Positions 8,164 to 15,738 of a stretch of DNA of 24,547 nt are shown one piece after another. Made by a program: the position numbers and the translations under genes. Position 1 is the stretch's first letter. Every line of letters begins with the position of its first letter. Location: positions 1-24,547 of IMG/VR virus record IMGVR_UViG_3300043781_000061; one strand, 5' to 3'. Below the pieces are notes generated by a model that saw only the letters and a program-made list of their open reading frames with translations, was not told the DNA's origin and did no database searches. This DNA comes from a virus (taxonomy: Duplodnaviria; Caudoviricetes).

Positions 8164-8523
8164 CTATTGGTGACTGTCCATCTTTTTCAGCGTTACCGTA
8201 TCATAAGCCAGCAGTTCATCATCAACCGACCAGCCAACCACTCGATAAGTATCGCCGTTATATTGAGCCTGTGGGTACTTCTCGACGTCGTTTAAGTCCT
8301 TGTTGTGTCTGACAACCAGAACTATGTTGTCGGTCACTGTGCTACCTGCCAGGCTGATAGCTTGGCTGGTGCTTAATGAGTACATCCCACAATGAACCGT
8401 GATTAGTGGGGTGAATCCGGTTATAGGTTCGCCTGTGTTGGGATTAATTTCGCCAGTGTCACCATCACGGCCGAAGGTTATTTTATTTCTTAACCGGCTT
8501 ACCGAGTATTTGTTGCTTCGCAT
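8164..8523 (-). CDS. Head-closure / head-tail adaptor protein (SPP1 gp16-like)
   Basis: RLRNKITF...TGE....F...TVHC...LVVRHN...YNGDTYRV...YDTVTLKK. Start placed at ATG 8523 behind AGGAGGT. Confidence 0.8.
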   Translation of the reverse strand: MRSNKYSVSRLRNKITFGRDGDTGEINPNTGEPITGFTPLITVHCGMYSLSTSQAISLAGSTVTDNIVLVVRHNKDLNDVEKYPQAQYNGDTYRVVGWSVDDELLAYDTVTLKKMDSHQ

Positions 8524-8653
8524 TTTCTGACCTCCTCGTTGCCAGTGCGCCATCACCAGCAATAATTATTTATGACAATCAACTCACGGGCATTTCACCC
8601 GGTCGGTGGTTTATGGTCACTGCCTAAAAATTTATAAGTTTTACTGAATTTCT

Positions 8654-8844
8654 GGTAACCTGGTAACCAGGGGGCGTTATCCTTGATATATCAACGTTTT
8701 GGGGTTACCTTTTCACTTTCTCGGTTACCACTTCTTTAGTAACCGTTGAAGATGGTTACTATTTTTTTGGTAACCGCTTTTTGGATTTAGTAACCATGAA
8801 ATGCTGATATACCGGCCTTCGTTGGGGGTGGTTACCGGGTTACC
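8654..8844. repeat. Putative replication origin of element 1 (iterons)
   Basis: Ten (G/A)GTAACC / GGTTAC(C/T) heptamers in dyad symmetry, immediately downstream of the helicase gene. Confidence 0.8.
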
Positions 8845-8873
8845 GAAAAAAGTGCAAAACTTTTTAATTTTAA

Positions 8874-10319
8874 TTACTTGATTTTGATTCCCTTAAACCC
8901 TTTTGCTGACTTGCCGTTAATTTTAGTTGTGCCGTATTCATAACCGCGGGACATTAGTTGTTGCTTAAAGGTCGTTTTCGCCATGATATTACCGCCTGTT
9001 TTCGCAATATATTCCTTGTAGTTGGTATATAGATGTACGCCTTTTTCTCTATCGCCCTCGGCAGTTGAACAACATTCCTTAATCCAGTTGCCAATATTAT
9101 CGTTGGCGTCAATCCAGTCTTGCTTTTGTTGCTTCATGAATTCGGTTTGCGGAAATTCATTGGCTTTCAGTGCGTTCCGGTAAGCCAATAAGCATTCATG
9201 AGCAAAGGCAGGCATTTCATTTTTAAAGTCTTGGTCGTTGAACTTCTTGTTAAAGTCCTTGATTTTATGGAATGTGACGATAATCGGCCGTCGCTTGAAT
9301 CCTTTTGTAAAATCGTTGAAAGCAGGTAATTGGTTAGCACTAAAAATCATCTTCGCTTCATTCTGAAACTCAAAAGGGTCCTTGTGCTTAAACTGTCCTG
9401 TAATAGTATCGCCACCAGTTAAGACTTTTACTATATTTGTTTGGTTCATGAACTTTGGGCTAATGTCAGCAAAAATATTGGCTGCCTTGTGGTATAACTT
9501 TGAAGTTGAAAATTTGGCGGCTTCCTGGTCTGATAATGCTTCTAGTGATACGTCGGAAACGTTAGGCTTCCCAATAACTTGAGCAATTTTCCTTAGGAAA
9601 GTTGATTTACCTTCGCCACCATTTCCATACAAAATCATGTAGTGCTGGAAATCGTCATAACTACCGGCTAGGGCATATCCAATAAATGCTTTGACCGTTT
9701 CAACTGCCACTGGGCAATATTCATCTACAAGCCGGGCATGGTCTTTTTCGGCGTCTTCGTCGCAAATTTGAATTGGATTAGGTACGAGGGATAGCTTTAA
9801 CCATTCGTTCCATGTTTCTGCCTTGCCGTTCATATCCAATTCATAGGGGCGATATTGAAGAAGATGATTGTCTGGCGAATTTGGCTCTAGTTCGTCCGTT
9901 TCCAGATTGTAAGTATGATTGCCGAAAACGGCTTTGTGTTTGGCCGGTTCATCAAATGGATCACTGTCAACAATCTTGTTGGCGTCTAGGCTGATTAATT
10001 TTGCGATTGAAGTCAGTGTATTCACTCTCCATATTTCATAGTGCTTTAATTCATCTTTGATAGCTACTTCAACAACTTTATCAGCGTGTTCTTTCCATCG
10101 CTTTTCCTGGGGGTCGTACCAGTAGCCAGTCGGTGAGAATTGGTTAATAGTGAAGCGATATTTTTCTTCCAGTGAATCAGCCAATTTAATCTGATTAACT
10201 ACTTTTTTGTCGTTGTCATTGATGGTGAGCCAATCGGGCAACTTGTTATTATCGTCACCGGTCCCATGATTGTTATTGTTGTTATAAGTTTGGATATTCT
10301 TCTTAGTCTTATTGTCCAT
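8874..10319 (-). CDS. P4/D5-family primase-associated SF3 helicase (Rep)
   Basis: 481 aa; Walker A YGNGGEGKST, VKVLTGGDTI, AKMIFSANQLP, GFKRR, C-terminal winged helix. Confidence 0.92.
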   Translation of the reverse strand: MDNKTKKNIQTYNNNNNHGTGDDNNKLPDWLTINDNDKKVVNQIKLADSLEEKYRFTINQFSPTGYWYDPQEKRWKEHADKVVEVAIKDELKHYEIWRVNTLTSIAKLISLDANKIVDSDPFDEPAKHKAVFGNHTYNLETDELEPNSPDNHLLQYRPYELDMNGKAETWNEWLKLSLVPNPIQICDEDAEKDHARLVDEYCPVAVETVKAFIGYALAGSYDDFQHYMILYGNGGEGKSTFLRKIAQVIGKPNVSDVSLEALSDQEAAKFSTSKLYHKAANIFADISPKFMNQTNIVKVLTGGDTITGQFKHKDPFEFQNEAKMIFSANQLPAFNDFTKGFKRRPIIVTFHKIKDFNKKFNDQDFKNEMPAFAHECLLAYRNALKANEFPQTEFMKQQKQDWIDANDNIGNWIKECCSTAEGDREKGVHLYTNYKEYIAKTGGNIMAKTTFKQQLMSRGYEYGTTKINGKSAKGFKGIKIK

Positions 10320-10332
10320 TAACAGTGCCCCT

Positions 10333-11127
10333 TTACTTATTAATTAATCCGTTAAAAATTTGCTCTACTTCTTGTTCGGGTAGCGGTTCATCACAATTAC
10401 TGTTGGCAAAGTTGAGCACCTTCCAGATACTGTTACCATCTTGCGGCCTAGCACTCTTTAGCTTGCCCATAATATGGCATAACCAAGTGTGGCGGCTTCC
10501 TGTGCCGGTTCCTTGGCATATTTCATCTAATAATTGACCTGTCCATGAGTATCCAATAGTCGTATATCCTTCTCGTTTACTAGCCTCTTGGGACTGATTA
10601 GTTAAACCGATAATTTGGAAAGGCAACTCTTGAATATCGCTAAGAACCAGTTTCTGCCGTTTCTCATACTGTGGTAAGTAGTTTCTGTGATAATCATTAA
10701 TATAACTGGGAGCGATCATGACTTTATCAGTTAGTAACTCAACTCCGGGAATTAGTGTTATATCAGCCTTTGGAAAGGTTTGGCTAGTTTTGTAAAAAAT
10801 GTGAAAGCCGTCCCGTGGTGTATTCTCAATGTAAGTATCCAGAATATGCGCCAAATCATTATCAAGTAAATACTTCTGCCAGTTATTAACACCGTCGGTA
10901 GTTCGGTTATGCCTGTCTATGTCGATAACAGCTAATCCGCTGAGTTTCAAATTAACCCCTAAGTTGGCACTAGGCCGTTCGTTGAACCACTGTCTAATGA
11001 TTCCAGTATCAGTTGTTGCATTATGCTCCCCACCCTCCGGCGGTGTTTTACTACCAGGATAAAGCCAATACACAAACACGCCTTGGCTGGCCAATTCTAA
11101 CGCTGTAGTAAGTGTTTGATTTTCCAC
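10333..11127 (-). CDS. Bifunctional DNA primase/polymerase (Prim-Pol) with PriCT-like C-terminus
   Basis: P.SK.P...HNATTD..IIRQWF, NLGV...AVIDID.H, TPRDGFHIFY, MIAPS; C-terminal G.RH..L...N..C..PL.EQEV; GTG start. Confidence 0.9.
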   Translation of the reverse strand: MENQTLTTALELASQGVFVYWLYPGSKTPPEGGEHNATTDTGIIRQWFNERPSANLGVNLKLSGLAVIDIDRHNRTTDGVNNWQKYLLDNDLAHILDTYIENTPRDGFHIFYKTSQTFPKADITLIPGVELLTDKVMIAPSYINDYHRNYLPQYEKRQKLVLSDIQELPFQIIGLTNQSQEASKREGYTTIGYSWTGQLLDEICQGTGTGSRHTWLCHIMGKLKSARPQDGNSIWKVLNFANSNCDEPLPEQEVEQIFNGLINK

Positions 11128-11139
11128 GCTGCCACCGCC

Positions 11140-11316
11140 TTACTCTTTGGCCCGGTCGATCATTTCAACCAGCGCCTGTGCGAACTCTTCGGGGCTGACT
11201 AGCTTCCCATGTTTAACCGCTTCCGGGTCAATGTCCCCGGCAAAGGCCGACAACATCATGTGGCCTTCCTTATCCTTGGCGATGGTAAACTTATACTTAT
11301 TATTAGAACTTTCCAT
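11140..11316 (-). CDS. Small hypothetical protein (58 aa, not in ORF track)
   Basis: MESSNNKYKFTIAKDKEGHMMLSAFAGDIDPEAVKHGKLVSPEEFAQALVEMIDRAKE; RBS GAGGAGGA; fills the gap upstream of Prim-Pol. Confidence 0.75.
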   Translation of the reverse strand: MESSNNKYKFTIAKDKEGHMMLSAFAGDIDPEAVKHGKLVSPEEFAQALVEMIDRAKE

Positions 11317-11435
11317 TGTTTAAACTTCCTCCTCATGTTAGAATAGAGGAGTAAAGTTATTTGTGTTTCACGTCCTCAAACCCCTGCTAGGTCAAGGACT
11401 TTTTTTGTTTCACAAATAAATTTACTCCTGAAAAT

Positions 11436-11648
11436 CTAGTCGTTGTCAGTGTCTGAATTGGCGTTCTCACTGTCAGCGGCTTTTTTCATTCCCTCAATTA
11501 GATATCCACTAAGTTTCTGAATCTCCTGAGCAGCTTTCAGATCTGTCTCATTAAAGGTATGATAGTCAAGCTCAAAACGGTTCTGTAAAAACGCTCGATT
11601 GACCTCAATCGTATTAAGACTTTCACGAATTACATCAATAGAGTCCAT
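11436..11648 (-). CDS. Hypothetical protein (70 aa)
   Basis: Start placed at ATG 11648 (MDSIDV...) behind AGGAGGG. Confidence 0.7.
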   Translation of the reverse strand: MDSIDVIRESLNTIEVNRAFLQNRFELDYHTFNETDLKAAQEIQKLSGYLIEGMKKAADSENANSDTDND

Positions 11649-11658
11649 ATTTTCCCTC

Positions 11659-11787
11659 CTATAGTGTGCCAGCAATAGTAACAATCAGCCCTAGCAGCGG
11701 AACAAACGTTGCTAGGTAGGCCCAGGCCCGCTCATTCGGGGCCGTATCCCAGTAAGCTAGGATTTTGCCGTCTATCTTTTGTAGCAT
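11659..11787 (-). CDS. Small predicted membrane protein (42 aa, not in ORF track)
   Basis: MLQKIDGKILAYWDTAPNERAWAYLATFVPLLGLIVTIAGTL; RBS AGGAGGTGA; clear homolog at 21584-21730. Confidence 0.82.
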   Translation of the reverse strand: MLQKIDGKILAYWDTAPNERAWAYLATFVPLLGLIVTIAGTL

Positions 11788-11836
11788 TGGTGATCACCTC
11801 CTTGTAATGGTGCCGTTGATATTCGGTTGTCAAAGG

Positions 11837-11868
11837 TCTTCCATCCCATAGCAAGCGCGCTCGGCAGC
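11837..11868 (+). repeat. 32-bp direct repeat, copy 1 (copy 2 in the integrase leader)
   Basis: TCTTCCATccCATAGCAAGCGCGCTCGGCAGC, 30/32 identical to 13091-13122. Confidence 0.9.
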
Positions 11869-11871
11869 AGG

Positions 11872-12153
11872 CTACTTGTTATCTAACATGAACTTATCTA
11901 GTGCTAGGCGGTTAACTCGATATGTGCCATTTAATGAAGTGATCGGGAAATCATCATGGTTTGCCACGATCTTCCTTAAATTGTTATAAGATACTCCCAA
12001 GTATTTAGCCGTATCCTTCAAGTTCATATATGGCGGGTATTGGTTACCCTTAGCTAGTGCTTCTTGAGCAGCAACAAACGAGTTATTTACTTCCGCCTTA
12101 ATAGCACTCACCAGGTCATCGGGCAGTTGAATTGTAGTTGTAAATCCTTGCAT
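11872..12153 (-). CDS. Excisionase/AlpA-like HTH_17 DNA-binding protein
   Basis: PPYMNLKDTAKYLGVSYNNLRK...TYRVNRLALDKFM; first gene divergent from the repressor. Confidence 0.82.
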   Translation of the reverse strand: MQGFTTTIQLPDDLVSAIKAEVNNSFVAAQEALAKGNQYPPYMNLKDTAKYLGVSYNNLRKIVANHDDFPITSLNGTYRVNRLALDKFMLDNK

Positions 12154-12167
12154 TGTATTTCACTCCT

Positions 12168-12287
12168 TTACGTATCTTTACGTAACATACTATCAAAAAA
12201 TATCAGACGTCACATTACGTAACATCTTGATTATAGATTAGCACTGGATTAAAATGTTTGTCAAGGGCAAAACGTAATTTTACGTAC
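12168..12287. promoter_or_regulatory. Three putative repressor operators in the genetic switch (ACGT-N6-ACGT)
   Basis: ACGT pairs 10 bp apart at 12170/12180, 12207/12217 and 12272/12282, mostly in (T)TACGTA context, between the divergent genes. Confidence 0.65.
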
Positions 12288-12311
12288 CAAATGAAACGGG
12301 GGGTGGATTGG

Positions 12312-13082
12312 TTGAACATCAAACTCGGCGATCGAATAAAGAGAATCAGACTATCAAAAGGGCTTAACCAAAGTCAGTTTGGTGAATCATTTGAACCGGC
12401 AGCCGCAAGAAGCATTGTGTCAAGATGGGAAAGCGGTAAAAGTGTTCCGAATGCCAAACGTTTAAGGAAAATTGCAGAGCTGGGCGGAATTTCAGTTTCA
12501 GAGCTTCTCAACGGTTCTATAGATGAGTTAATCGACAGCACCGCCGATTATTTATATTCTGTCTATTCTCAAAATTTTGACGAAAATTCTATGCCTAAAA
12601 CTGATGGGGTGAAAAGTCTTATCCATAAAATCAACACGCATGAAGACACTTCTACCTATGAAGATCAAGACTTTGTGTCGGCACTTTCAATCATTCTTAC
12701 TATTGATAATGATGAATATGTTGAAGATAGCGTTAATCTTAATATAAAGCGTGGCATTGCTTATTGTGCTTCCGAAGTTAAGCGCAAACTTAACGGGTGG
12801 GGGCCTAGCGATTTTTCTAGGTCAAGAATCCTCTTTCATTTTCAATCGGCCGCGGACGATCATATTTATGGATATACACCAGATAACCATGGGTTGCTTA
12901 TGGCTGCTCGTGATGGTATTAATACAACTATCTTACAGTTGCAAGAGATAGCCAATGCTTTTGGCGATCCGGACCTGAAAAAGTTACCAAAGGGAATAGA
13001 TAAAAATTTTTATAAAGAGCTTGAAAGAATTTTCAATGGTGCAAGCGATAAAATAACAACGCTTTTCAGTAAGTATGAATAG
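12312..13082 (+). CDS. XRE-family (Stl/CI-like) master repressor
   Basis: N-terminal HTH LGDRIKRIRLSKGLNQSQFG...VSRWESGKSVPN; no recognisable S24 peptidase. Start placed at TTG 12312 behind GGGGTGG. Confidence 0.85.
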   Translation: MNIKLGDRIKRIRLSKGLNQSQFGESFEPAAARSIVSRWESGKSVPNAKRLRKIAELGGISVSELLNGSIDELIDSTADYLYSVYSQNFDENSMPKTDGVKSLIHKINTHEDTSTYEDQDFVSALSIILTIDNDEYVEDSVNLNIKRGIAYCASEVKRKLNGWGPSDFSRSRILFHFQSAADDHIYGYTPDNHGLLMAARDGINTTILQLQEIANAFGDPDLKKLPKGIDKNFYKELERIFNGASDKITTLFSKYE

Positions 13083-13090
13083 CCATATTT

Positions 13091-13122
13091 TCTTCCATTT
13101 CATAGCAAGCGCGCTCGGCAGC
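13091..13122 (+). repeat. 32-bp direct repeat, copy 2 (integrase leader)
   Basis: TCTTCCATttCATAGCAAGCGCGCTCGGCAGC; matches 11837-11868. Confidence 0.9.
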
Positions 13123-13133
13123 CGTATTATATT

Positions 13134-14267
13134 ATGGAAGGAAGATTAATGATGAAGAAGCAACATACTACTACCAGCGTTCAGCGTTCAAAGAGTGCGA
13201 AGGGCGGCTGGATTGGATATGTGTATTACTACGATGATAATGGTAAGCGCCATAAGAAGTCCGCTGGTCGTTGTCGATTAAAGGGTGAAGCCCAGCAGGC
13301 GGCGAACGATTTAGCTACCGAGCTATTGAAAGCCAATCCTAGCTTAACCGATATTTCGTTTACTGAATATTATCAACATTGGTTTGATACCTATATCTTG
13401 CCTTCTGATAAAACCAAGGGCACTAAATACAAGTATCGGCTGGTTGGTAAAAAGATTGAAACGTTTTTCCATGACCAAAAGCTCAAAGACATTACTAAAA
13501 CCAAGTACCAAGAGTTTTTAAATTGGTATGGAGCTAACCATAGCCAGGAGTCTGCTAGAAAAGTCCATAGCCGTTGCGAAAATTGTGTCAGTTATGCTAT
13601 TGATGATGACATTATCAGCAAGGATTTTACCCATCATTCACAGCTGATCTATAACCCGAAAAACACCCGTCACCCGGAATATTTGAATGGTGAAGAAACT
13701 TCATTATTCAAGAAACAAGTTATTGCCGGTCTTGATCGCCACTATACCAGCCGTTATATGATTTTAACGGCTCTCTATACTGGTTGCCGTATTGGTGAGG
13801 TACAGGGCTTAACCTGGGATAACATTAATTTCAATGAGCATACTATTTCCATTAACAAGCAATGGTTCGAAAAGGAAAAACATTTCGGGAAAACAAAAAC
13901 CCCTTCCAGTAAACGAACGATTAAGGTTAATCAAATCTTACTAGATTATTTGTTACAGCTTAAAAATAATGGTTCTACAATGGTCTTCATGAATTGTTTT
14001 GGGACCGTTCCAACCTCTACAGCGGCCAATAATAAGATCAAGGAAATATTGGCCGATTGCAAAATTAAAAAACGTGATTTCACGTTTCACAGTTTACGTC
14101 ACGTTCATGTTGCATACCTGATTAATAAAGGAATTGAAATTTATGCAATTAGTAAGCGTCTAGGCCATTCTAATATTAACGTTACTTTATCCAGATATGC
14201 TTACCTTATTGATGAGTATAAGACAAAAAACGATGATGAAATAGTCACAGCCTTAGAAGCTATTTAG
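13134..14267 (+). CDS. int: Tyrosine integrase of element 1
   Basis: YTGCRIGE, KT, FHSLRHVH, RLGHSN, Y catalytic signature; ends next to the att core. The true start may be ATG 13149 or 13152. Confidence 0.96.
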   Translation: MEGRLMMKKQHTTTSVQRSKSAKGGWIGYVYYYDDNGKRHKKSAGRCRLKGEAQQAANDLATELLKANPSLTDISFTEYYQHWFDTYILPSDKTKGTKYKYRLVGKKIETFFHDQKLKDITKTKYQEFLNWYGANHSQESARKVHSRCENCVSYAIDDDIISKDFTHHSQLIYNPKNTRHPEYLNGEETSLFKKQVIAGLDRHYTSRYMILTALYTGCRIGEVQGLTWDNINFNEHTISINKQWFEKEKHFGKTKTPSSKRTIKVNQILLDYLLQLKNNGSTMVFMNCFGTVPTSTAANNKIKEILADCKIKKRDFTFHSLRHVHVAYLINKGIEIYAISKRLGHSNINVTLSRYAYLIDEYKTKNDDEIVTALEAI

Positions 14268-14268
14268 A

Positions 14269-14290
14269 TTGAACCGAATTTGAACCGTCT
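14269..14290 (+). repeat. Putative integrase arm-type sites of element 1 (right arm)
   Basis: TTGAACCG at 14269 and 14280; TTTGAACCGTCT (14279-14290) is identical to 588-599. Confidence 0.75.
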
Positions 14291-14334
14291 AAATTTAAAA
14301 TGCTTTTATATCAAGGGTTGTTAGGGGTATATTC

Positions 14335-14355
14335 TCCCCGTGCGGGTGATTTTTT
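14335..14355 (+). repeat. att core, copy 2 (junction of elements 1 and 2)
   Basis: Identical to 474-494 (duplicated tRNA 3' end). Confidence 0.93.
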
Positions 14356-14448
14356 TATTTTCTGCTGGTTATCAATGGTGTTAAAACGTTGATATATCAG
14401 CATTTTTATTTTTCTGAAATTCTATAAAAACGTATTTTTTAGCAAGTC

Positions 14449-14468
14449 CACGACAAACTCACGACAAA
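14449..14468 (+). repeat. Putative integrase arm-type sites of element 2
   Basis: CACGACAAA twice, 11 bp apart, 114 bp from the core start (element 1 arm pair: 115 bp). Confidence 0.7.
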
Positions 14469-14645
14469 ATTTTATTTCTTGCCGGCGTTAATAGGTCACC
14501 AATTAGGCGGCCTTTTTATTTTGCTCTGTGGGGATGTTGACGACAAAAAGCACCCGTAAGTTAATACAGGCGCTTATGGTAAAATAATAAGGTCGTCACC
14601 ACTGACAACTTAGAATCTATTTTCTAATGTTAGGAGGTGGAATTA

Positions 14646-14744
14646 ATGAATCGACTGTTAGAATACCTCATCAATTATCTAGCACAATTATCCCTTGTGG
14701 TAATTCCCGTTTACGTGGCGTATTGGTTAAACCATCGTAAGTGA
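14646..14744 (+). CDS. Putative type I toxin, Fst/Lpt-like small hydrophobic peptide (32 aa)
   Basis: MNRLLEYLINYLAQLSLVVIPVYVAYWLNHRK; RBS AGGAGGTG; extended -10 TGgTAAAAT at 14577-14585; 5' GTCGTCAC (14592) complementary to 3' GTGACGAC (14756). Confidence 0.7.
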   Translation: MNRLLEYLINYLAQLSLVVIPVYVAYWLNHRK

Positions 14745-14773
14745 TAGATAATTTTGTGACGACGTAACCCACA

Positions 14774-14860
14774 ATAAAAGCCCCTTTTGCTATTTGCGGT
14801 AGCATTAGGGGCTTTTGTGTTTTAGGTGGTACTAATAAACCAACTAAAATACCTCATCTA
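14774..14860 (-). ncRNA. Putative antitoxin RNA, convergent with the toxin gene
   Basis: Minus-strand TGcTATTAT (14874-14866); 15/16 direct repeat of the toxin 5' coding sequence (14848-14863 vs 14662-14677); bidirectional terminator 14776-14816. Confidence 0.6.
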
Positions 14861-14892
14861 TTAGTATAATAGCATATTTATTGGTAAATACA

Positions 14893-14970
14893 ATAAAAGC
14901 TCCCTTGCTATTGCAGTAGCTTGGGGGCTTTTGTGTTGCGCTATGAACCTACATAACGACTTAATCTCTA
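14893..14970 (-). ncRNA. Second antitoxin-like RNA unit (tandem paralog)
   Basis: Near-duplicate terminator (14895-14932) 119 bp downstream of the first; minus-strand TGtTATAAC at 14984-14976; different 5' sequence. Confidence 0.45.
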
Positions 14971-15211
14971 TAAGTGTTATAACATATAATTGTTGAATGT
15001 AATCAATTCAAGTCTAGCTGGCAGCGATAAAGTACCAATGGTATAATTAAGAAAAAATATTGATATAATTAGTTTGAATGATGATAGCGGGGCACGTCTT
15101 ATGGGGCGTGTCTTTTTTTAGTTTAGCCATTCAAAGCGAATGAGGACATAATAAAAAAGGGCGGTCTAAGTTGTTAGGTCGTCCTTTGTTATTTGTAGCT
15201 GTCACATGGTG

Positions 15212-15715
15212 TTATTCACTTACTTGCTGACTTTCTTGCTTCTCCTCCTTTTGGACGGTATCTAACATCTTATCAAGCAATAGTTCCATATCCGCACCGT
15301 TATCTTCCATTGCCTTAGCACGAGCCTCAGCAACCCGAGCGTCAGCATTAGCTTTCCGAATCCGTGCCTTATCCAGCTCAGGAGTGCTATTGTCTGAAAG
15401 TAAGCCAGATAAGCGAAGAATTGCAGTAGCTGCTTGAAATTGCACCATTTCAGACCTTGCACTTAGTAAATCATTTAACTTTTTAATGGCGTTTCTTTCA
15501 TAGTCCCGCTTAACTACTCGGCTAATATAAGCATTGTAGGCAGACTTATACCATGAACGTTTTCGCCAATGTGATACAGTAGTTTCGTTTTTTAGACCAA
15601 TCTTAGGAGCAATCTCTTTATTAGTATGTCCGCCTTCAAAGTCAAGCCTGATAAGGGTTTGCTGGTTCTTATTCAGTGATAAAAAAGGGTCGGTCGTTGC
15701 TTTATTTTGGTTCAT
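15212..15715 (-). CDS. HTH protein resembling a pac-type small terminase (phBC6A51-like HTH)
   Basis: N-terminal HTH TNKEIAPKIGLKNETTVSHWRK; SEMVQFQAA..IL; coiled coil ELDKARIRKANADARVAEARA; sits where SaPI-like elements carry terS. Confidence 0.55.
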   Translation of the reverse strand: MNQNKATTDPFLSLNKNQQTLIRLDFEGGHTNKEIAPKIGLKNETTVSHWRKRSWYKSAYNAYISRVVKRDYERNAIKKLNDLLSARSEMVQFQAATAILRLSGLLSDNSTPELDKARIRKANADARVAEARAKAMEDNGADMELLLDKMLDTVQKEEKQESQQVSE

Positions 15716-15738
15716 ATTTTTTTCACTCCTTTCGGGTT

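Larger units (their letters stand above)
474..14355. mobile_element. Element 1: capsid-forming phage-inducible chromosomal island (cf-PICI-like satellite), about 13.9 kb
   Basis: Flanked by 21-bp att repeats. Integrase and repressor face away from the xis/primase/helicase operon. Complete HK97-type head and packaging module; no tail, lysin or holin genes. Confidence 0.9.

Noticed and set aside
2406-10537. Short plus-strand or alternate-frame ORFs over capsid, portal, terminase, HNH and helicase genes (e.g. 2406, 3883, 5505, 5798, 6001, 6462, 7582, 7786, 9382, 9812, 10325)
   Set aside because: Shadow ORFs of well-supported genes, with no recognisable motifs.
14335-14355. Second tRNA gene
   Set aside because: Only the last 15 nt of the tRNA are duplicated; this is the att core.
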